Below are positions 51,197 to 57,109 of a stretch of DNA of 57,109 bases, piece by piece. The DNA comes from a virus. Under the pieces are notes generated by a model. It saw only the letters and a list, made by a program, of their open reading frames with translations. It made no database searches and was not told the DNA's origin. The stretch's first letter is position 1, and each line of letters starts with the position of its first letter. The translations under genes were made by a program, and so were the position numbers. The stretch is from the IMG/VR virus record IMGVR_UViG_3300029113_000006, positions 1 to 57,109 of that record; one strand, 5' to 3'.

Positions 51197-51740
51197 CTCC
51201 ACTTTTTGTACACAATAGACCTGTTATAAATATAGTTTTAGGTTGTCATTTTGTCCCCCATAGAATCGTAAATGGTGGATTTTTGCGGATGTAATTAACG
51301 GACTTTCGTAAAATTTTAGTTCATCAAAGAGTGACTTGTCAATTCGTCCCCTATTGGTGTAATTGCACTCCATTTTCTGTACACGATAGAACCGTCAGGT
51401 AGATTATAGGGCTTGATGGACGTTTCTTATTCAGCAAAAGATCAGCAAAAGAAGTTGTCGTTTTCCACAATCTGCCCGTTGAAGAGAAGAAATTGTTGAA
51501 AATGTATCGTCGCCACTATTTGATGATGATTATTTATCTCTTGTTTATCTCTTGTTTATATATATAGTAAGAACGTGTACAAAAAGTGGAGCATTGTGTA
51601 CATAAAGTGGAGTAACGTGTACAAGAAGTGGATGGTATCGTGTACAAAAAGTGGAGTAACGTGTACAGAATGTGGAAGTCGATTGTTGAAAAATAATTGT
51701 GTACAGAATCATTGACGTGTACACGATACAGTGGTATAAT
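51197..51740. repeat. Iteron origin: 5 direct 17-bp iterons (21-23 bp phasing), 2 degenerate copies, 2 inverted distal copies, AT-rich 11-bp tandem repeat
   Basis: GTGTACAAAAAGTGGAG at 51575 and 51640, variants at 51596, 51617, 51661, 51699, 51717; inverted at 51197 and 51368; TTATCTCTTGT x2 at 51534-55. Confidence 0.85.
51712..51740 (+). promoter_or_regulatory. rep promoter TTGACG-17-TATAAT overlapped by the last iteron
   Basis: Read directly. Confidence 0.55.
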
Positions 51741-51765
51741 AGGGTGGAAGAAATGAGGTGATGCA

Positions 51766-52860
51766 ATGCCAGAATTGACAGGAAACAACCTTGTCGAAAA
51801 GAGCAAGGCATTGGTTTGGGCGAAGTTTACGGACTACACAGCAGGCGAGCTTCGGCTGCTTGAGGTCTATCTGAGCCGTATCAATCCGAGAGACCCCGAA
51901 AGCTCCAACGTGTCGTTTACGCTGGCTGAATATTGCAAGCTGCTGGATTTGAAGCTCAATTCAAAGAACTTGAAGTCTCAGGTTAAGCACTTTTTGGGCA
52001 ACGTGGTTTCAGTGCCATTGAATGCAGATGGAACAGAATATGTGATGTATCCGCTGTTCACAAAGGCAGAGGTCAAATTCAATCGAGAATCCTTGTCCTA
52101 TGACGTTTCAATCAACTGTAATCCTGACTTGCGGCCTGTGTTTTTCGACATTGCAAGAAGCGGTTACGTCAAATACCGTCTGCGCTATACGATTGGGATG
52201 AAGCAGCAAGCATCTATTCTGATGTACAGCATGATTCGAGATTGGATGAATCGCTCTCTAACATCGAACAAGATTGGTTTGAAGCAGTTGCGTGACCACT
52301 TGGGGGCAAACGATGCAAGTTATGACGACTTCCGAGCTTTACGCCGCAGAGTTCTTGAACCAGCAGTGGAAGAGATCAGCAATGTTTCAGACATTGTCGT
52401 TGACTTTGAAAAGATTTGCACAGGGCGAAAGGTAGTAGCAGTTGAGTTCCGATTCGGGTACAAATCCAAGCAGCCCGTCATAGATGCCGATTCTAGCGAG
52501 GTTGATTGTGAGACGGCTAATTCCAAGCCGGAAATCAAAAAAGCTGCCAGAAAGCCCCGCACAAGCGGATACGAAGGGTACGACTGGTCTGTGTGCGATG
52601 CGCTGTCGGTTCAAGAGTGTATCGAGGTCGCAAAGGTAGTTGAGGTAAAGATGATGGAAGAGCATCCATCTATTAAGCTACCAAAGCGGAGAGATGCAGT
52701 CTACGACATTGTAAAGGCCGCGTGTGCAGATATTCTTTCAATCAACCGTGACCCTTGGCCTGACCATCCGAAGCGGTATCTGATTGGTAGCTTGAAGAAA
52801 GACGGCGCGATTGAAGAGTATCTTCCGGCATTTTATGAGATTGACGCACTGCAAAAGTAA
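51766..52860 (+). CDS. Plasmid-type replication initiator (Rep_3/RepB-like winged-helix family)
   Basis: NNLVEKSKALVWAKF..AGELRLLEVYLSRI... N-terminal pattern; iterons immediately upstream. Confidence 0.7.
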   Translation: MPELTGNNLVEKSKALVWAKFTDYTAGELRLLEVYLSRINPRDPESSNVSFTLAEYCKLLDLKLNSKNLKSQVKHFLGNVVSVPLNADGTEYVMYPLFTKAEVKFNRESLSYDVSINCNPDLRPVFFDIARSGYVKYRLRYTIGMKQQASILMYSMIRDWMNRSLTSNKIGLKQLRDHLGANDASYDDFRALRRRVLEPAVEEISNVSDIVVDFEKICTGRKVVAVEFRFGYKSKQPVIDADSSEVDCETANSKPEIKKAARKPRTSGYEGYDWSVCDALSVQECIEVAKVVEVKMMEEHPSIKLPKRRDAVYDIVKAACADILSINRDPWPDHPKRYLIGSLKKDGAIEEYLPAFYEIDALQK

Positions 52861-52893
52861 TCAGACATAGAAAATAAAAGAAAGAGTGATAAA

Positions 52894-53673
52894 ATGGCAA
52901 AAATTATAGCTGTCGCCAACCAGAAGGGCGGCACAGGAAAGACTACCACAAGCACCTGTCTGGCTGGTGCGTTGCAGTTGCTTGGCAAGAAAGTCCTGCT
53001 GGTGGACTGCGATGCCCAGTGCAACGCAACGGACACTTACGGCGCACAGACAGAGGATGTATGTACCCTGTTTGATGTGATGACCCGGCAGGGTACGGTA
53101 GAGGAAGGAATCCAGCACTGTGAAGCGGGTGACATTCTGCCGTCTGACAACGCATTGAAGGACATTGACGAGCAGCTTGTCCGGGACATGGGCAAGAACT
53201 TCCGGCTGCGAGAAGCTCTTGAAAGCGTGTCTGAGCAGTACGATTACATTGTGCTGGACACTCCCCCGCAGCTTGGTCTTGCGCTTGTGAACGCACTGAT
53301 CGCCGCCAACAGCATCATTGTGCCCATCACAGCAGACCGATACGCACTGGCTGGTTTGAGCCAGCTTTCGCAGACCATCGGCGATGTTCGCAGATATTTC
53401 AATCCGACTTTGAAGATTGAAGGTCTGCTTCTGAACCAGTACAAGAGCCGTGAGAACTTGTCCAAAGAGGTTGTGGAGCAGCTTCCTGTGATTGCACAGA
53501 GCATGGGAACAACCCTGCTGGATGTGAAGATTAGACCGTCTATGGGCGTTCGTAAGGCACAGGCAGAGCGCCACAGCCTGTTTAGTGGCGACACGGCAAA
53601 GAGTACCAGCGCAGAGGATTTCAAGGCTTTGGCGAAGATGATTGTGGAGGGTGACAACAATGAGAATGATTGA
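52894..53673 (+). CDS. parA: ParA/Soj-family partition ATPase
   Basis: Deviant Walker A: IAVANQKGGTGKTT. Confidence 0.9.
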   Translation: MAKIIAVANQKGGTGKTTTSTCLAGALQLLGKKVLLVDCDAQCNATDTYGAQTEDVCTLFDVMTRQGTVEEGIQHCEAGDILPSDNALKDIDEQLVRDMGKNFRLREALESVSEQYDYIVLDTPPQLGLALVNALIAANSIIVPITADRYALAGLSQLSQTIGDVRRYFNPTLKIEGLLLNQYKSRENLSKEVVEQLPVIAQSMGTTLLDVKIRPSMGVRKAQAERHSLFSGDTAKSTSAEDFKALAKMIVEGDNNEND

Positions 53674-53926
53674 TAAAGAAGCACTGCTAGAAAGGCTTGA
53701 TTTGTTTATTTGCGAGTATGACAGAATGGATCAAGAAGAAGCGATAGAAGCAATAAGAACCGTGATTAAAGCCGTCAAAATGATGCCAGAAACCCGGCAC
53801 TCAAAGTGGGTTAGAACAAAAAACTTGATTATATCTTACAAATGTTCTATTTGCGGATATGAAACAGAAGTTGCACAAATGAGATATTGCCCGAACTGTG
53901 GCGCACGGATGGAGAATGTGAAATGA
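53660..53926 (+). CDS. Zinc-ribbon protein
   Basis: CSICG...CPNCG. Confidence 0.45.
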   Translation: MRMIDKEALLERLDLFICEYDRMDQEEAIEAIRTVIKAVKMMPETRHSKWVRTKNLIISYKCSICGYETEVAQMRYCPNCGARMENVK

Positions 53927-54495
53927 AATCAACCAGCAAAAAATCCACAGGTTTGCTTGGCGGGTTTGATTTTCAGCCTATTTTTTCGGAACAGCAATTA
54001 AGCCGAAGTGAGCCAAAGGAAGAAGAAGTAAGCCAAACAAAGCCGAATAATGCCGAACGAGAGTTAATTAAGCCTAGTGATGCCAGAGACAGCCATGCAC
54101 AGCCGAGTGAAGCAGAATTAAGCAGTATTAAGCCGAAGCAAGCCAAAGACAGCGAAACACAGCCGAACAATGCCATAGTCAGCGAAAGTAAGCCAAAGAA
54201 GTTGAAACAGGCGAAAGAAGTTCAACGTCTTATCGAACAAGGCAATGTTCCCGGCGCACTAGCCGAAGCTGGTCTGACAAAGAAAAAAATCCCGATGCCG
54301 GAATCGCATCAAGGTGTTGCAAGTGGCGATGGCAAGCGTTCAAAGCGCATTACCATCCTTATGAGCGAGGAAGAGCGCAAGTACATCAACCGTGAAGCCA
54401 GACGGCATGGAATGACGATTGGACAGTTCGTGTACGCTCTGGCAGTTGCGGCGGCAGAGGGAAAGATTGAGTTGGAGGATTTCTTGGAGGATTGA
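53923..54495 (+). CDS. Repeat-rich protein with a C-terminal ribbon-helix-helix (ParG/omega-like centromere-binding candidate)
   Basis: KRITILMSEEERKYINREARRHGMTIGQFVYAL. Confidence 0.5.
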   Translation: MKSTSKKSTGLLGGFDFQPIFSEQQLSRSEPKEEEVSQTKPNNAERELIKPSDARDSHAQPSEAELSSIKPKQAKDSETQPNNAIVSESKPKKLKQAKEVQRLIEQGNVPGALAEAGLTKKKIPMPESHQGVASGDGKRSKRITILMSEEERKYINREARRHGMTIGQFVYALAVAAAEGKIELEDFLED

Positions 54496-54498
54496 CGT

Positions 54499-54996
54499 AT
54501 GATTGCTTATAGACCTTGTCGTGGTTCGTTGAAAAACGCTCTAAAAGAAACAAGAGTGTTTCGCAACGAATACCAAATGAAGCAGAGAATCGCAAATGAA
54601 TGGAACCTAACCTGTGGAAGAAAAGAATTGAATCCAGATAATATCATAATTTCACAAAACGAATATTCTGATTACAAGAGCGGGTGGCAGAGAGTTCGCG
54701 ATGTTTACATTACGAAAATCGGAAGTAGGAGCCTTATTGATGAGTTAGGAGCGGTACAATGCATTGGATATTGTTCGTATGATATTTCAAACGCCCCTAA
54801 AATTGGACAGTGGATAAACGTAAAGAACGAGATGCCAGACGAATATAATCCATACGTTATCGGATTTAGCCAAGACGAGTTTGACGTTGAGATTGTTGGA
54901 TACGAGCAGGATTTTGGCGAGTGGCGAGATAAAAGCGGAAAACCGCACAATGTTACATATTGGATGCCATTGCCTGAACCGCCTGTAAAATATTGA
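54499..54996 (+). CDS. DUF551-like C-terminal domain protein
   Basis: ...VTYWMPLPEPP. Confidence 0.5.
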   Translation: MIAYRPCRGSLKNALKETRVFRNEYQMKQRIANEWNLTCGRKELNPDNIIISQNEYSDYKSGWQRVRDVYITKIGSRSLIDELGAVQCIGYCSYDISNAPKIGQWINVKNEMPDEYNPYVIGFSQDEFDVEIVGYEQDFGEWRDKSGKPHNVTYWMPLPEPPVKY

Positions 54997-55015
54997 AATA
55001 ACAAAGGGGCAATAT

Positions 55016-55246
55016 ATGGAAAATTTCTATTGGGTCAAAATCCAGTACGATGATGACAAAAAATGCAGACACTTTCAAGCTCCGTTCGTGTTGTTTGCGA
55101 ACAGCAAAGAGGAAGCAAAAGCAAGAATTGAGAGAGAAGTTCCCGGCAAGTTTTCCATTGTCAGTGTGGTAGAACTCGACAAGAGCCTTGTAATCACTCC
55201 GCAAGATTTGTTTGACATGAGGTCAAAATCAACACTTTGGGAATGA
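55016..55246 (+). CDS. Hypothetical 76-aa protein
   Basis: ORF track plus RBS. Confidence 0.5.
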   Translation: MENFYWVKIQYDDDKKCRHFQAPFVLFANSKEEAKARIEREVPGKFSIVSVVELDKSLVITPQDLFDMRSKSTLWE

Positions 55247-55256
55247 GGAAAAGATT

Positions 55257-55670
55257 ATGCGCACATACAAGACACACAAGCGCAGGAGCAAAGAGGAGCA
55301 AGCTAAAATCGACGCAGAGGTAGCAAAACGGAAAGCGAAGCTGGCTGAAAAGTACAATACTGACACGCAGTATTACAAGGGTATTCCTGTTGAGCTGATT
55401 GTAAGAGAGGACTACGGTTGCTACAAAGCAAAGCGTTTCAAAATCAACGGTAGTAATCAAAACGTGTGGATTCCAAACTGCTATCTTGAAGATGACGGAA
55501 CAATTAAGACAAATATGAACATTGATTTTGTATTTCGTAAGTCTGTAAACCAGTTAAATAAAGCGGGAATCACGCAAGCGATTATTGGTATCAAACGTAA
55601 AATGCCGGAAGAAGATGTGCCAAATCTTAAAAGCACTATGCAAAAAATCGGAGATACCGGAACTTGCTAA
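55257..55670 (+). CDS. Hypothetical 137-aa basic protein
   Basis: ORF track plus RBS. Confidence 0.5.
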   Translation: MRTYKTHKRRSKEEQAKIDAEVAKRKAKLAEKYNTDTQYYKGIPVELIVREDYGCYKAKRFKINGSNQNVWIPNCYLEDDGTIKTNMNIDFVFRKSVNQLNKAGITQAIIGIKRKMPEEDVPNLKSTMQKIGDTGTC

Positions 55671-55676
55671 AGAACA

Positions 55677-55712
55677 AACCCCTGTGCAACCAATCAAGGC
55701 TGTACAGGGGTT
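55677..55712. terminator. Bidirectional terminator between convergent operons
   Basis: AACCCCTGT...ACAGGGGTT. Confidence 0.65.
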
Positions 55713-55717
55713 CTGTT

Positions 55718-56356
55718 TTACTTATCAGCAATGCAATCCCAGTAGAGATACGCCTTACCATCTGCGGCATCTGCGTCCTCAAGGAACGCCTTTGCCATGT
55801 CAGCGTAGAAGCCCGGGGTGTCAACGGACTGGCGCTTTGCGACCTGACAATAATCCGAGTACATCATGTTCATAACAGCCCAGAAATCGTTCGGGTCACA
55901 AGTGATATTACGCTGTTTGGCAACGTCCTGCGTCTGTTCCAGCGTCCAGTGACAGCCTTTCGTACCGTCAGCATTTACCATGCTGTCGCACCATTCCTCT
56001 GCTTCATCGTGGGTGAGGTGCTGGCGTGGCATCTTGATGGAGCGGCTGTCCGCACCGCCATGTTCGTACTGCCCAGACCGCTTGTCCCAGTCTCCGTTCT
56101 GCGAAAAGCCAATTTGCGGCATTCTGCGCCCATTCTCTACGTCAGGGTAGCGGGGGATAGGGTAGGGGTCAATGTAGCGGTTCTCCTCCTGCGGATAGTA
56201 AGGATGGCGGTCATTGCCGTTTTCCAGCTTACGCAGACGGCGTTCCAGCTCACGTTCCCTGCGGTCACGCTCTTCCTCAAGGCGGTCACGTTCCGGCTCA
56301 CGGTCTTTGTCGTGTTCACGGAGCATCATCATGCGGCGAAAATTGTTCTTGCCCAT
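55718..56356 (-). CDS. 212-aa protein with a hyper-charged R/E/D plus Tyr/Pro-rich N-half and a globular C-half (operon gene 5)
   Basis: AGGAGG RBS; ...DREPERDRLEEERDRRERELERRLRKL... Confidence 0.6.
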   Translation of the reverse strand: MGKNNFRRMMMLREHDKDREPERDRLEEERDRRERELERRLRKLENGNDRHPYYPQEENRYIDPYPIPRYPDVENGRRMPQIGFSQNGDWDKRSGQYEHGGADSRSIKMPRQHLTHDEAEEWCDSMVNADGTKGCHWTLEQTQDVAKQRNITCDPNDFWAVMNMMYSDYCQVAKRQSVDTPGFYADMAKAFLEDADAADGKAYLYWDCIADK

Positions 56357-56369
56357 AATCTATACCTCC

Positions 56370-56741
56370 TCAAGAAATGGACGCAGGCGCACCGGCGTGG
56401 GAGCGGCAGAAGCAGCCAAGATACTTGAACGTGCCGGTGCCGGTTGCGGACGTTGCCACACGGGTAGCGTAGCGGGTGCGGGTGTGGATACTCTCGGCGG
56501 TCGCCTGAGCGCAGTTGCAGTCGGTCAGAGGGTATGCGGTCGTGCCTGCACCGATGGTGATGACCACAGGTGCGTTGATGGTAGTCGTGTCCGGCAAGCT
56601 CTGGGCAACGACAATGCAATACTTTTCGCCGTTCTGGTATGCGCCAGCAGGGATGTTGATGGTCAGAGTATCGTCGGCAAACGTGACTGCCTGACTGATG
56701 ACCAAGTGCGGGCAGAGTTTGCAGCTTGTTTTGCAAGCCAT
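56370..56741 (-). CDS. 123-aa Cys-rich protein (operon gene 4)
   Basis: MACKTSCKLCPH...CNC...CFC; AGGAGG RBS. Confidence 0.6.
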   Translation of the reverse strand: MACKTSCKLCPHLVISQAVTFADDTLTINIPAGAYQNGEKYCIVVAQSLPDTTTINAPVVITIGAGTTAYPLTDCNCAQATAESIHTRTRYATRVATSATGTGTFKYLGCFCRSHAGAPASIS

Positions 56742-56753
56742 AGTGTTTTCCTC

Positions 56754-56791
56754 CTAAAAAATCAGGGGCAGAGGTGTCTTACCCCTGCCCC
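56754..56791 (-). terminator. Intra-operon intrinsic terminator or attenuator between genes 3 and 4
   Basis: GGGGCAG...CTGCCCC followed by a T6 run on the minus strand. Confidence 0.5.
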
Positions 56792-56826
56792 GATGGTTCA
56801 CCCGGTGTTATCGGGGAGTGTGTAGG

Positions 56827-57109
56827 TTAGCAGCCGCAGCAGTTCACGCCCACGTTGGGGTTTGCCACCTGATAAGCGGGAATCGGACGAGGATTGACCC
56901 GGTTCAGGATGGTATCGGTCTGCTGGGACATCACGGTGGTCAGAAGCGCATTCTGACGATCCTGAGAAGCGGCGAACTTCAGGCTCTGGTTCTCAGCGGT
57001 CAGAGTGGCAATCTTATCCTGCGTGAAGTAGTCCATCATGCTGCGGAAGTTGGCGTTGCAGTTGTCCACGATGGCACGAGCGTTGTCTGCGATAGCCTGA
57101 CGGGTAGCG
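56827..57109 (-). CDS. C-terminal part of the junction-spanning 289-aa CDS (same gene as 1..686; 57011-57109 duplicates 1-99)
   Basis: ORF 56827..57069 stays open upstream to the window end; ends ...NPNVGVNCCGC. Confidence 0.7.
   Translation of the reverse strand, partial: ATRQAIADNARAIVDNCNANFRSMMDYFTQDKIATLTAENQSLKFAASQDRQNALLTTVMSQQTDTILNRVNPRPIPAYQVANPNVGVNCCGC

Larger units (their letters stand above)
1..57109. mobile_element. Complete circular temperate tailed-phage genome (siphovirus-type late module) that also carries a plasmid-type rep/par module; unique length about 57,010 bp
   Basis: terL, portal, capsid, tape measure, lysis genes, CI/Cro-like switch, DnaB and Rep+ParA all lie in one window; the first 99 nt repeat at the end. 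Confidence 0.85.

Overview
The window is a complete circular genome. Bases 1-99 are identical to 57011-57109, so the unique length is about 57,010 bp. It is a temperate, siphovirus-type tailed phage. Shine-Dalgarno sites, promoters and protein families suggest a Firmicutes/Clostridia-like host; this is inference, since no database search was possible.

The minus strand carries a full late module: terL, portal, scaffold, lambda-gpE-like capsid, head-tail joining genes, major tail protein, G/GT chaperones with an A_AAA_AAC slippery site, a 1344-aa tape measure, tail tip and fibre genes, a GH25 endolysin, holins and a collagen-like fibre. It also carries a long early operon: Cro-like regulator, Rha/KilAC antirepressor, Sak4-like ATPase, DUF669, C5-methyltransferase, RecU-like resolvase, MazG-like protein, terS-like protein, Lar-like protein, replisome organizer and DnaB.

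The plus strand carries three blocks:
- a CI-like repressor;
- an immI-like block with two RHH proteins and a Bro/KilAC antirepressor;
- an AT-rich cassette of unknown function and a plasmid-type module (XRE regulator, iteron origin, Rep_3-like initiator, ParA, RHH-tailed protein).

No integrase is present, only a small serine resolvase, so this looks like a phage-plasmid with two replication systems.

The signals most worth follow-up are:
- 15 same-strand ATAGTCG repeats in an ORF-poor 1.8-kb region, next to a 94-nt C-free G-run tract and origin-like ATGC-N4-GCAT repeats that recur inside the replisome-organizer gene;
- a circularly permuted C5-methyltransferase that contains a 179-codon, protein-like ORF in its +1 frame;
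- a 630-nt structured-RNA island with tRNA-Met and an aberrant tRNA-like element, plus two AT-rich Cys-rich genes, wedged between terL and portal;
- a separately regulated five-gene operon of low-complexity, Cys-rich and membrane proteins that spans the circular junction and sits behind a roughly 300-nt promoter-to-terminator structured leader.

All functional calls rest on motif recognition by eye and on gene order. Hand-derived coordinates were calibrated against the ORF track.
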